64,000 nt of DNA from Deltaproteobacteria bacterium (GTDB lineage: Bacteria; UBA10199; JADGCS01): positions 1,494-65,493 of the forward strand of contig JADGCS010000007.1 in NCBI GenBank assembly GCA_015228875.1. The letters run 5' to 3'. The translations under genes and the position numbers were made by a program. The notes under the pieces are model-generated. The model made no database searches and had not been told where the DNA came from. It saw only the letters and a program-made list of their open reading frames with translations. Below are positions 29,298 through 38,608 of this stretch, piece after piece. Numbering within the stretch: the stretch's first letter is position 1; every line of letters begins with the position of its first letter.

Positions 29298-30677
29298 ATG
29301 GATAATCACATTTTATTTATAGACGATGACAACACCTTTCTCGCAGGACAAAGGGACCTCTTGTCTGATCGATTTATGGTCTCAATAACCAGCAGTCTGG
29401 ACTCTGCGTTCTTGATTATCGAACAAAACCCTGTTGACCTCGTCTTTCTCGATGTTAACTTTGGATTAATAAAGGAAGGCATTAACTATTTAAGGGTTTT
29501 AAAAGAAAAAGACCCGTCCCTTGTGGTCATCATGCTTTCCGGGTGCAAGGATCCGGACCTTGTGGTGAGGGCCATTAAAAATGGGGCTGATGACTACATC
29601 TGCAAGCCCTGTCCTATCGGTGAGCTCATCGGTGTGATAGAAAAAAATCTCTCAAAAAAATCAGAAAAGGATAAAAGTGCCGCGTTGATCGAATACTGCA
29701 ACGATCAAAAAAACAAGATCAAGTTTTTAACCAATTCGGAAAAGGCAAAAGAGGTCTTAAGAAAGGCTGGCCTGTTAAAAGGGCATAACACCAATATTCT
29801 CATCGAGGGGGAGAGCGGCACGGGAAAAGAAGTTCTTGCCAAATACATTCACTCCCTCGAAAACAATCCCAAAAGACCTTTTATTGCCCTTAACTGCGCG
29901 GCCATTCCCGACAATCTTTTAGAGTCTGAGCTTTTTGGATACGAGCGGGGTGCATTTACGGGGGCCATCAAGAGAAAAATTGGCAAGTTTGAACTTGCTG
30001 ACAAGGGCGATATTTTTCTGGACGAAATCAATTCCCTTAAACCGGATTTTCAGGCAAAGCTCCTGCGTATCCTGCAGGAAAAAGAGTTTTATCGCGTGGG
30101 CGGGACAGTCTCTGTCAAAGTCAACGTGAGGGTGATTGTTGCCTCCAATAAAGACCTTCAGACCGAAGTCCTCGAAGGCCGATTTCGCCAGGACCTCTTT
30201 TACAGACTCAGGGTCATAGCGCTCACGATCCCGCCTTTAAGAGACAGACCAGAAGATGTCTCGCTGCTGTTTAACCATTTTATCAAGACCTACAAAAAAA
30301 ATGAGGGGTCCGTGGTCTTTTCACAAAACGCCCTCAAGGTCATTCAGGGCTATAGCTGGCCCGGCAATGTCAGGGAGTTGGAAAATCTGGTGCAGTCCCT
30401 CCTGATTGTCTCAGGGCATGGGGAGATCAAGGTGGAAAACCTCCCCGTCTGGATGCTCGGAAACAACAAGTTTAAACCCGAAGCCCGCGATCTCACAGAG
30501 CTTACTCACAACGAAATCACACGTGCGCTTAATTATTATATCGAAAAACACGAGAAGCTTATTATCAAAAAAGCCATAGAGGAAAATAAAGGAAACACCA
30601 CAGAGGCCGCTAAAGTTCTCAACATCAGCAGATCGACGCTCTATAACAAACTGAACAAAGAAGGGCTCGACGCCTGA
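29298..30677 (+). CDS. Sigma-54-dependent Fis-family response regulator (NtrC/FleR/PilR-type enhancer-binding protein)
   Basis: 459 aa. REC domain with a D52-like acceptor, AAA+ sigma-54 activator domain (GESGTGKEVLAKYIH, ESELFGYERGAFTGA), and a C-terminal Fis-type HTH. Confidence 0.9.
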   Translation: MDNHILFIDDDNTFLAGQRDLLSDRFMVSITSSLDSAFLIIEQNPVDLVFLDVNFGLIKEGINYLRVLKEKDPSLVVIMLSGCKDPDLVVRAIKNGADDYICKPCPIGELIGVIEKNLSKKSEKDKSAALIEYCNDQKNKIKFLTNSEKAKEVLRKAGLLKGHNTNILIEGESGTGKEVLAKYIHSLENNPKRPFIALNCAAIPDNLLESELFGYERGAFTGAIKRKIGKFELADKGDIFLDEINSLKPDFQAKLLRILQEKEFYRVGGTVSVKVNVRVIVASNKDLQTEVLEGRFRQDLFYRLRVIALTIPPLRDRPEDVSLLFNHFIKTYKKNEGSVVFSQNALKVIQGYSWPGNVRELENLVQSLLIVSGHGEIKVENLPVWMLGNNKFKPEARDLTELTHNEITRALNYYIEKHEKLIIKKAIEENKGNTTEAAKVLNISRSTLYNKLNKEGLDA

Positions 30678-30878
30678 CTCAAAATGTCACTAACGATAGA
30701 AAATACGTTTGACATTTTGACGCTGTGTGTGCTCCCATTTAAAGGGGCTTTTAACACAAGTTGATCTTTTAATAATAAATATCCCTGGGGTTTGTGTGTA
30801 CCAAAAGTCATAGAGAACCTCTGTAGTGTAAAGCAATGCTGATTTTTTGCGTTTGACATTATTTATCTCAGGAGTTTC

Positions 30879-33812
30879 ATGGTTCTTCCAACCCGACCAC
30901 CCTCGTCGGCCGTTAACCTGCCGGTCAGGCAACTCACACCAGGTGCCCCTGCCCCTGGTGCCCCTGCCCCTGGTGCCCCTGTGTCAGGTGGTGCTCCAGT
31001 CCCGTCGCGAGTTTTGCCATCGCCATCTCCTGATCATTTTGATCCCACCAAAAGGCCATCGGCCCCTTACATTTTTGTCCCTGCCAGTCCATGCGCATTA
31101 GGTGTTGACAGGTTTGCAAGCGAGCCACCAGCCAGTGTTTTGGGCCGCGGTAGACCGACCCATGTTGTCAAACTTACAGGGCCAGAAGCTGCTGTATTCA
31201 GTGCCATGCATCATGCTCGCGCAGCGTCACGACAGGCGACCGAGACTGTCTCAGAGGCTCAGGGAGCAATGCGCGAGCAGGGAGAACAGCGTCTCCAGGC
31301 GCTTTCTGTCATCCGCGAAACAGGTGTGATCGAGAGCGATCTTAAGGCCGCCGAAGGGCATTTCAAACAGGCAGAGACCGCTGTCAAAAAGGTCAACGCG
31401 TTCTTTGGTCCTTTAAGCAAGGGGGTAGGCGGTGCAACCAGAGAGTCTGCAGCAAAACAACTACGGGATCTTCTGGAGATGCAAAATTTTAACGAGATTG
31501 CGGCAATTGTAGATGCGTTTAAAATAAGTCATCCAGAAATCTTTAACCAAACAAACCTCGCGTCCTTTATAAAAAATGAAGCGCAAAAAACAAGTGATCT
31601 CGACAGCGAAGATCTTTCTCCCAATGCCATAAAGGACTTTATCGAAAAAACACTTCAGTGGGGAAGGCTTTATCTTAACTCTGCGGGCGATGCGCTTGCT
31701 GCAAGACTTAACGAGATCATCGCAAAAAATCCAGGCATGAACCTGGGCCCTCCTGTGGGCAGCATGAGCGCAGAGTCTGAGGCCCTCCTTCAAAGGGCCG
31801 AAGGGCTTACTCAACAGGCTAATGCCTTGGAAAAGTTGCTGTCAGAAGAGGACAAACTGCGCAGAAGCGCCATTCTGAGACAGACGAAAGAAGACTCCCT
31901 AACGCTGGGGGAGCTTAACAAAAACATCTCACGACTCGAAAAGCTTGTCGCAAAAAAAATCAAGGTCCAAGAGTACGCAGCTTTTCTCAACGACCCTGCC
32001 AACAACGATCCCGATAAACAGACAAAAATCAACCAGCAGACCGCGGAGCTTCAAAAGATAACCGCAGCAGAAGAGGAATTACAAACCCTCACGCAGCAAA
32101 GGCTGGCTGTCAATCAGCGCATAGACGCTGGCAAGAACGAAATGAACCACATCATGGGACCCATCCTTTCTTTGAGGGAAGAGTCCGGCCTGTTAAGACA
32201 ACAGGCAAAGGACCTTGTGGACAGCAGGTTGTCGGCATTCCGCAACGCTGTTGTGGACATAAGAACCGCTGCAGAACAAGTCGTTGAGGACTCTTACAAA
32301 CGCGAGGGCGAGATTATCTCCGGTCTCGTCGAAAATGCCGTTGATGTCTCCTACTCCGGCATGAAACTCTATAAGCAAGGCGCAGACAAGACAACAATAG
32401 AAACAAGAAAGGCTCATCTCGCTCAATATCAAAAAACACGACACCTTTATTATCAAATGCTTTCAGCAGCAGCACAGCTCTATAACGCATCCGTTGATTC
32501 TGATAAAGAGGCGTACGAAGCAAACAGCCAGCATATTGGCAAAAGCAAACAACTGCTCAAGGCCCATAAGCGACGGGTCACCGCACAAAGAGGCATGACC
32601 CTGCCCGAAGAGCAAAAGGGACGCGGTTTGTTTTATACAGATATGCCGGAGGGACTTAACCTTCCTGACCGCATCCCCCTCTTTGCACGCCCTGTACAAC
32701 GCAGTGCAGAAGGAAAATCTGTGGGCAAAGATGCGGCCTATATAGGTAGTGGCGAGATGCCCCGCTACTTCGACATTGCGCTTGGCACAGCTGTCATGTT
32801 TCAACACCCGGACGAGATTCTCCCAACAGATCAGGCCATTTTGCTGGATTTTCACGGCGCCACAACGCAGAACTCCAGCATCAACTCGCTGGGGTATGAT
32901 ATCGGCCTCTTTAACACCCGATTTGCGGACAGGACACCCAATAATACCCCGCAGAGGCTGATGGCCACTATAGGTTTTAGCAATCCCTTTCACGATCTTG
33001 GACCGCATGACCCCGCCCTTTATCAAATGCCTGAGCTGATTCGCTGGGTCTCTGCCATTGTCGAGAGGTACGGTGGTTATGACAAACCCATAGAACTCAA
33101 GGGCAGGAGCTTTGGGGCAAACCTTGTATTAGAATACAGACAGCAGGTCCGCGATTCAAAGGTCAGGCGGGTCTACGCCCAGTCCGGTTATAACGCCACA
33201 CCTTACTGGCTCTGGGAAGATTTTAAATCCCTCAGAGAAAGGGGGCGTCAGTTCTATCAGCCAGCCGTTGACTGGCTTAAGTTTCTTGAATCACAGTGGA
33301 CCTTCCTTGACCTTGCAGGTCAACCTCCAAACATGCAGGCTGTGCTTCTTGTGGGACTAAAGGATGACTACGTAAAAAAATCTCCAGCACAATACCCCGA
33401 AGATTTCTTAACGGCCCACCCGGAGTTTAGGGACAGGACTCCGGACGAGATCGGGCTCCTAAGTTTCTGGCTCTCTTTTTTAACAAAGAGTAAAAATGTA
33501 GATGCCAGGTTCTATCGTGATGGCGGACATTTTCTTTACAACGCCGATTTCGAAAGCCCGCATCTCATCGCACAGGTCTTACAAGACCTCGACGCATACT
33601 TCAGAAACAATCCCCAGAGATCCGATTTTCCTGGTTCAGGGGCAGACAAACCTGTTGGAGAACAACTGGCTGATTTTTTCAGACAGTTTGTCGCGCGCGG
33701 AGGTAACATCCATGCCGATCTTATCAACGATGAAGGCGTGTTAACACCGGAAGAGGCCATGAGGTTGTCAGGGCTGATCTTTGCGGGAGAGGGTGAAAGT
33801 GACAGGTCTTGA
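30879..33812 (+). CDS. Large hypothetical protein: Pro-rich repetitive N-terminus, long coiled-coil/Q-rich middle, C-terminal alpha/beta-hydrolase-like domain
   Basis: 977 aa. N-terminal PGAPAPGAPAPGAP repeats. A candidate nucleophile elbow GRSFG (LKGRSFGANLV), an acidic Asp in VGLKDDYV, and a His in RDGGHFLYN are in the right order for a Ser-Asp-His triad. Confidence 0.6.
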   Translation: MVLPTRPPSSAVNLPVRQLTPGAPAPGAPAPGAPVSGGAPVPSRVLPSPSPDHFDPTKRPSAPYIFVPASPCALGVDRFASEPPASVLGRGRPTHVVKLTGPEAAVFSAMHHARAASRQATETVSEAQGAMREQGEQRLQALSVIRETGVIESDLKAAEGHFKQAETAVKKVNAFFGPLSKGVGGATRESAAKQLRDLLEMQNFNEIAAIVDAFKISHPEIFNQTNLASFIKNEAQKTSDLDSEDLSPNAIKDFIEKTLQWGRLYLNSAGDALAARLNEIIAKNPGMNLGPPVGSMSAESEALLQRAEGLTQQANALEKLLSEEDKLRRSAILRQTKEDSLTLGELNKNISRLEKLVAKKIKVQEYAAFLNDPANNDPDKQTKINQQTAELQKITAAEEELQTLTQQRLAVNQRIDAGKNEMNHIMGPILSLREESGLLRQQAKDLVDSRLSAFRNAVVDIRTAAEQVVEDSYKREGEIISGLVENAVDVSYSGMKLYKQGADKTTIETRKAHLAQYQKTRHLYYQMLSAAAQLYNASVDSDKEAYEANSQHIGKSKQLLKAHKRRVTAQRGMTLPEEQKGRGLFYTDMPEGLNLPDRIPLFARPVQRSAEGKSVGKDAAYIGSGEMPRYFDIALGTAVMFQHPDEILPTDQAILLDFHGATTQNSSINSLGYDIGLFNTRFADRTPNNTPQRLMATIGFSNPFHDLGPHDPALYQMPELIRWVSAIVERYGGYDKPIELKGRSFGANLVLEYRQQVRDSKVRRVYAQSGYNATPYWLWEDFKSLRERGRQFYQPAVDWLKFLESQWTFLDLAGQPPNMQAVLLVGLKDDYVKKSPAQYPEDFLTAHPEFRDRTPDEIGLLSFWLSFLTKSKNVDARFYRDGGHFLYNADFESPHLIAQVLQDLDAYFRNNPQRSDFPGSGADKPVGEQLADFFRQFVARGGNIHADLINDEGVLTPEEAMRLSGLIFAGEGESDRS
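30942..30982 (+). repeat. In-frame 15-bp tandem repeat (GGTGCCCCTGCCCCT x ~2.7) encoding (GAPAP)n
   Basis: Direct tandem copies are visible in the sequence. The unit length is a multiple of 3. Confidence 0.7.
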
Positions 33813-33823
33813 CATGTTGACAC

Positions 33824-34309
33824 CTACTGCATGGTGATCAGCCCCGAATTGTTTATCGTGATGGTCTTGGTGTCCCCATTTTCATTGCGCAGGACAAAAC
33901 TCCCATCGCCATTGATCGCTGTGGGTGTCCCCACATCATCAAAGGTCACTGTGTCAGAAGCGGGAAAGGTAATCCCGTGGTACTCCTCGCCCGTGTTTGA
34001 AAGGTCCTCTGACATGGGCAGGTGATCGTAAGGAGAGGTCACCACGGTATCGGTGGCCACCTCGTAGACTTCGTACGTTGTCCCGCCCGCACCACCGGTG
34101 GTCCTTACTCCGTGGTCATTGCCGGTTGTCATCGAAAGATTCTGCGCGTATCTCATGTCACCCTCTAGTTTTCTCGCGGCACCGTCCAGCGTGATCGCCT
34201 GCGTGTCTGCAAGCATGGGAAAGGACGAGATAGCCACAATGGATACAAGAGCAAGGACCAGGACAAGCTCCATGAGCGAAAAACCCAGATTGTTGAACAA
34301 AAGTTTTTT
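33824..34309 (-). CDS. Type IV pilus minor pilin/pseudopilin (FimT/GspH-like) with a prepilin N-terminal methylation motif
   Basis: N-terminus reads MKKLLFNNLGFSLMELVLVLALVSIVAI (G-F-S-L-M-E class III signal). Start chosen at MKK (34309) inside the longer track ORF. Confidence 0.6.
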   Translation of the reverse strand, partial: KKLLFNNLGFSLMELVLVLALVSIVAISSFPMLADTQAITLDGAARKLEGDMRYAQNLSMTTGNDHGVRTTGGAGGTTYEVYEVATDTVVTSPYDHLPMSEDLSNTGEEYHGITFPASDTVTFDDVGTPTAINGDGSFVLRNENGDTKTITINNSGLITMQ

Positions 34310-34365
34310 CATAAATATTGCAACCGACTTTAACCCTACAAACAGCAATTGAACCACACTAAGCG

Positions 34366-34471
34366 ACAGGAGATACGGGATTTAATTGGGTTCGGAGAGT
34401 CAAAGTTGCTCACCCAACGGGTGAAGCACGGGAAGTCGCGTAGAACCCAATTAAATCCCGTATCTCCTGTC
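34366..34471. repeat. 27-bp perfect inverted repeat flanking a 50-nt spacer (large hairpin / small MITE-like element) inside the minor pilin operon
   Basis: ACAGGAGATACGGGATTTAATTGGGTTC … GAACCCAATTAAATCCCGTATCTCCTGT. The spacer carries a nested CACCC-AAC-GGGTG hairpin. Confidence 0.7.
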
Positions 34472-34500
34472 GCCTTGTATTCTTAAACTGCCGCTTCCAG

Positions 34501-34532
34501 GTTAACAGCCCCTATGATCAGGGGCTGTTAAA
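34501..34532. repeat. Perfect 13-bp-stem palindrome 20 nt downstream of the pilX-like stop
   Basis: GTTAACAGCCCCT-atgatc-AGGGGCTGTTAAC. No flanking U-tract. Confidence 0.6.
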
Positions 34533-34551
34533 CAAATGCCATGACCAACAA

Positions 34552-36111
34552 CTACTGCACCTGAGAGAGGCTCATGATCACCACAAGGTCCTGAAAATCT
34601 GCGCCGGTTGTATCGCCTTCGTTCATGTTTGTCCCCAGCTCGAAGAGATAGATCACCTGATTGGCCTCTATACTGACAAGACCGGCCTCATCGAGATAGG
34701 GTTCCAAAAATTCGGCCACACTCTGCTGATCCCCAAAACCAACCATGGCAGGCGGGGCGTCTCCATTAACCAGCGTTTGCACCTGGCTTAAGTTTGTTGA
34801 GTTGTAGGTCCTGCTAAAATTGTTGCACGAGGCAAGGCTCGCCGTGGCACGTATGACGTAATCGCTTTCTGTTGTCGTGGTTGTTTCGTAGGACTCGCCA
34901 CCGTCTACATCGGCGCCGCTATAGAGTGCAGAGCAGACATTATCCTTGCAAAGCTCGACACTGACGTTGATTTCGGCCCCACCCACACCACAGGTGATCG
35001 AGGAACCAATGACATCAAGGTCGACAAGGTAGTTGGTCTCGACAGTGACCACCCCGTTTGTGACCTCAAAACCCTCTCCCAGAGCAGCAGAGGCATCAGG
35101 GACATCACCCGCCCTGAAGGTGCTTTCAAGATGACTGCCGTCCGAGAAATCAAAGCGGACCGTGTACCAGCCGCCGGAGACAGGTTCTGCTGAAAAAGTT
35201 GCATCAACCAGATAATTGTTGTCGTTATCTGTCAGGTTGAAATTGGAAACGTCGATCTCCTGTCCGGCAGAGGCCGCTGCTGTTGTTGCTGCGGGGATCT
35301 CTCCCACCTTAAAGATAGAGGTTCCGTTGACATCAATCTGTTGCACCGTTGCGTCCAGGGTCTCGTCCTCACAGGCCGCAAGATCAACAAGCTGATCCCC
35401 GCTTGCCGTGCATGAGGTCACAACGGGAAGATCTGCCTCGCAGGGACCTATATAATCCTGATTGTGATGTTCACCCTCTCCATTGTTGTGGCCATTGCGC
35501 CACCCGGCCTCGTTAACAGAAAGTGTGTGCGCGTTTTCGGGATTCCCCGGCGGCACATGGCAGATCCAGAACTTGCCGTTTGGAGGCTCGCCAATACCCG
35601 ACTGGTCTGCCTCACATCCGATACCTACAGCGCACGCGCTCCAGTCCCATGACACTGTTACCTTGGTCAGGATAGCCACTTCATTACAGCCCTTGTCCAG
35701 CGACATATTAAAAACCTGGTTATCCTGCTTGATGGCCGTACTTAAAACATCATCGACACAACTCCCCGCAAAATTGGCATTGATGGTCTGGGTCTTGACG
35801 GCATTGCCCACAGTCGCTGTGACGGTGATGGTCCCGGCTGCAGGATCGGTGGTCACATCAAAAGAACCCTTGCCGTCGAAGGTCTTGTTTGTCACAGCGG
35901 GGTCGTCTCCTTTGGAGAGTTTGTCCAGCGCCCATTGAATCCCCCCGTTACCGTAGGCCAGTGCCTTGACAGAATCGCTGTGATTGGCAGAACTGGATGT
36001 GTCGGTTCCCGAGATATTAACCACGGTTGTCGCCGCCGCAGCAAGCACAACCATCACCACAACCGCACCCAGCAGACTGCTCCCTCTGTTGTTTTTAAGA
36101 GTGTTAAACAT
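34552..36111 (-). CDS. PilX-like type IV pilus minor pilin / putative tip-associated protein (large, Cys-rich)
   Basis: 519 aa. The N-terminus (MFNTLKNNRGSSLLGAVVVMVVLAAAATTV) resembles the PilX N-terminal domain. The rest is Thr/Asp/Gly-rich with many Cys. Position after pilV/pilW. Confidence 0.5.
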   Translation of the reverse strand: MFNTLKNNRGSSLLGAVVVMVVLAAAATTVVNISGTDTSSSANHSDSVKALAYGNGGIQWALDKLSKGDDPAVTNKTFDGKGSFDVTTDPAAGTITVTATVGNAVKTQTINANFAGSCVDDVLSTAIKQDNQVFNMSLDKGCNEVAILTKVTVSWDWSACAVGIGCEADQSGIGEPPNGKFWICHVPPGNPENAHTLSVNEAGWRNGHNNGEGEHHNQDYIGPCEADLPVVTSCTASGDQLVDLAACEDETLDATVQQIDVNGTSIFKVGEIPAATTAAASAGQEIDVSNFNLTDNDNNYLVDATFSAEPVSGGWYTVRFDFSDGSHLESTFRAGDVPDASAALGEGFEVTNGVVTVETNYLVDLDVIGSSITCGVGGAEINVSVELCKDNVCSALYSGADVDGGESYETTTTTESDYVIRATASLASCNNFSRTYNSTNLSQVQTLVNGDAPPAMVGFGDQQSVAEFLEPYLDEAGLVSIEANQVIYLFELGTNMNEGDTTGADFQDLVVIMSLSQVQ

Positions 36112-36194
36112 ACACGTACCCCCTTCTTTTTGGAAACTGGTTTTAGTAAACTATTAAATACCCCCCCACAACAAAACAAGACTCTCATGCACTG

Positions 36195-36743
36195 CTACTG
36201 ATAATTAACATACCCCAAAAAAGATCTGGGGATCACCGTTGTGCTCAGGGTGATACTCCCCTCTTCGTCCATAGGCTCGGTGGTCACCGTGATTTTAAAC
36301 CGTCTCACATCGGTAATACTGCCATCAACAGGCTCCAACACAGCACCGGTGCCATCTTGATACTCGATATCAAAGTCCTCAACCTTGGGAATAATAACGT
36401 CACTGTTACGAAAGACAGCAAGGCTCCCTCCGCTTGCGGACAGGCTGAATGTGGCCGGCTGCCCGTCTTCGTCTATAAAGCTCATGCTGCTTGCCGTGAT
36501 GCTGGAGATGTCCGTTGTTTCGAAATAGCGTATTTCGTGCACCATGCGATTTACAGCGTAACGCACATCGGCGATGGTGGTTTTTCTGTTGGCAATAAAG
36601 GAATAGGTCTTTGCCTGCTGAATCATGGTCTCGGAGGCGACACCAAAGATAATCCCCGCAATCACAATGGAAAGCACGATCTCAAACAGGGTAAAACCCC
36701 CGCTGCTTTTGAGACGCATTGACATGCTGCTGTTTTTTTTCAT
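36195..36743 (-). CDS. PilW-like type IV pilus minor pilin (prepilin-type N-terminal domain)
   Basis: Prepilin motif SGGFTLFEIVLSIVIAGIIF. The start is uncertain (36743 or 36725/36719) inside the longer track ORF. Confidence 0.55.
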   Translation of the reverse strand: MKKNSSMSMRLKSSGGFTLFEIVLSIVIAGIIFGVASETMIQQAKTYSFIANRKTTIADVRYAVNRMVHEIRYFETTDISSITASSMSFIDEDGQPATFSLSASGGSLAVFRNSDVIIPKVEDFDIEYQDGTGAVLEPVDGSITDVRRFKITVTTEPMDEEGSITLSTTVIPRSFLGYVNYQ

Positions 36744-37199
36744 TACGGCTCCCAAAGATGATCTGTATTCCTTGTGTCGCGGCATAGCACACCCATTAAA
36801 TTCCTTCCATCTTTTTTGTCCCCCCAGGCGATCCCTCAATTGATCAGAAGCAACCTCTGTGCCAACAATGCGCCACCTTTTCGCTTCACGGCAAAACTTT
36901 TATGCAACCAGCGCATTTTATTTTGCAAACTCCGCTCTGCCCGACCAGCTTCTGATTACTGCTGGCCATCTCCACCGTGATGGTGTCCCAAAAAAATATA
37001 TGCAGAACACAGGCCAACCAAAACCATGTCTTCAGGGAGTAAATGAGAAGGGTTGGGAAGGTGCCGGGCTTGAAACACCCTCCCAACCCAGGGAAGTGAA
37101 AAACAGAGAAGATCAACCTTTAACATCAACAGCAAACCGTGCGCGCTTCTTTCTCACAGGGAGACACAGATCTCATCACCACCCCCACATTCAGCACAA

Positions 37200-37661
37200 C
37201 TACATCACCCCTACAACAGCCTCCTCACCTGCAGATCCAATATCGGCAACAAGGGTGGATACCATGACTTTTTGATTATCTTCTGTACCCCAACGCACCA
37301 CAACGTCGACCTTCTTTATCCCGCTCCCCTCCTCCGGTGTGGTCAGATCGCTGGCAGATACCTCTGTGATCGTAACGATCCTGATGTATCCCTCAAAATC
37401 CCCTGTGAGTGTCTCGGCCGCGTACGTTTGAGAGTCTTCCACAATGTAACTGTAACCCACAAACTGATTATCAGCGAGTATACTTTCCACCTTTTCATTG
37501 GCAAGCTGAGAAGCAACTACGCTCATCTCCCGGTTGACAGACCGAGAGAGCGACCCCTGAGTCACACCCAAGCCACCCATCACGATGATCGAAAGGATGA
37601 CAACAGACAGCAGAGACTCCATGAGTGAAAAGCCTCTATTGTTTTTGAGCGATCTAATCAT
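37200..37661 (-). CDS. pilV: Type IV pilus modification protein PilV-like minor pilin
   Basis: N-terminus reads MIRSLKNNRGFSLMESLLSVVILSIIVMGGLG, a PilV-type motif. Start chosen at MIR (37661). Confidence 0.65.
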   Translation of the reverse strand: MIRSLKNNRGFSLMESLLSVVILSIIVMGGLGVTQGSLSRSVNREMSVVASQLANEKVESILADNQFVGYSYIVEDSQTYAAETLTGDFEGYIRIVTITEVSASDLTTPEEGSGIKKVDVVVRWGTEDNQKVMVSTLVADIGSAGEEAVVGVM

Positions 37662-37700
37662 ACCCCCCCCAAAGACCATTGCTTCCCCACATCACTCCCA

Positions 37701-37716
37701 AGCAACCCTTGTGCCA
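37701..37716 (-). promoter_or_regulatory. Consensus sigma-54 promoter upstream of the pilV-pilW-pilX-fimT minor pilin operon
   Basis: The minus strand reads TGGCAC-AAGGG-TTGCT. It lies ~25-40 nt upstream of the pilV start. Confidence 0.6.
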
Positions 37717-37912
37717 AAAGACTGACATTTTTATACCGCATTGATATCAAATGAAATTTTATGCCCCTTGTTTTGTGGCGCTGGTTTTTTAAATCCAAAC
37801 AAGAAACAAGTGCCATCAATTTGTGATGATTTGTTACGTTTGTGGGGATCGACACAAGAGGAAGGCTTTTTTTACCGTGATTATCAACCTCAAGCAAGCT
37901 AGTAACCGTCTC

Positions 37913-38608
37913 ATGATGTCGGTAAACAGGCAGCAACAACAGGAGATCACCAACTACCTCGCGGGTTTTATCTCCGAGCACAAAAAAAATAAAATCGAGG
38001 AAATTTTAAACAAACGGACCCGATACTTGACCGTCGCCTTCGAAAATGTCTACCAGTCACATAACGCGAGCGCCGCTCTCAGATCCTGCGAGTGCTTTGG
38101 TATTCAAGATGCCCACATCATAGAAAAAAACAACAGCTTTAAACCCAACAGCGACTGTCTGCAGGGATCAGCCAAGTGGCTCACAATAAAAAAACACCCG
38201 CACACAGATCCTGATAACCTTGAAAACTGCATACGCTCGTTAAGAGACGGTGGTTATCACATTGCGGCAACAACCCTGCGTGAGGGCAGTATTCCCATTC
38301 AGGGGCTTTTTCTCGAAAAAAAAACCGCGCTGTTTTTTGGAACCGAAAAAGAGGGCCTCAGCGAAGAGGTCCACAGGGCGGCAGACACGCTTGTGCAAAT
38401 CCCGATGCGCGGTTTTACCCAGAGTTTTAATTTATCAGTGGGTGTGGCCCTCTGCCTTTACGAACTGACCAAGAGGTTATCACACTTAAAAGAACACAGG
38501 GGCCTCAGCTCAGAAGAAAAAGACACGCTGAGACTTGAGTGGTACACACGCACGGTTCATCACGGGGATCTGTTGATAAAAAAATACCTCGACACTCAAC
38601 AGGTTTAG
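37913..38608 (+). CDS. trmH: SpoU-family tRNA (Gm18) 2'-O-methyltransferase TrmH
   Basis: SPOUT motifs (LTVAFENVYQSHNASAALRSCECFGI; LFFGTEKEGLS; IPMRGFTQSFNLSVGVALCLYE). Start chosen at the internal MMSVNR, giving ~231 aa like TrmH. Confidence 0.8.
   Translation: MMSVNRQQQQEITNYLAGFISEHKKNKIEEILNKRTRYLTVAFENVYQSHNASAALRSCECFGIQDAHIIEKNNSFKPNSDCLQGSAKWLTIKKHPHTDPDNLENCIRSLRDGGYHIAATTLREGSIPIQGLFLEKKTALFFGTEKEGLSEEVHRAADTLVQIPMRGFTQSFNLSVGVALCLYELTKRLSHLKEHRGLSSEEKDTLRLEWYTRTVHHGDLLIKKYLDTQQV

Noticed and set aside
30678-30878. Sigma-54 promoter for the 977-aa protein gene
   Set aside because: No TGGCAC-N5-TTGC match. Only TTGACA hexamers and CGTTTGACATT direct repeats are present, too close to the ATG to act as a sigma-70 -35.
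35483-35938. 151-aa plus-strand ORF
   Set aside because: Antisense within the PilX-like gene. No RBS or motif.
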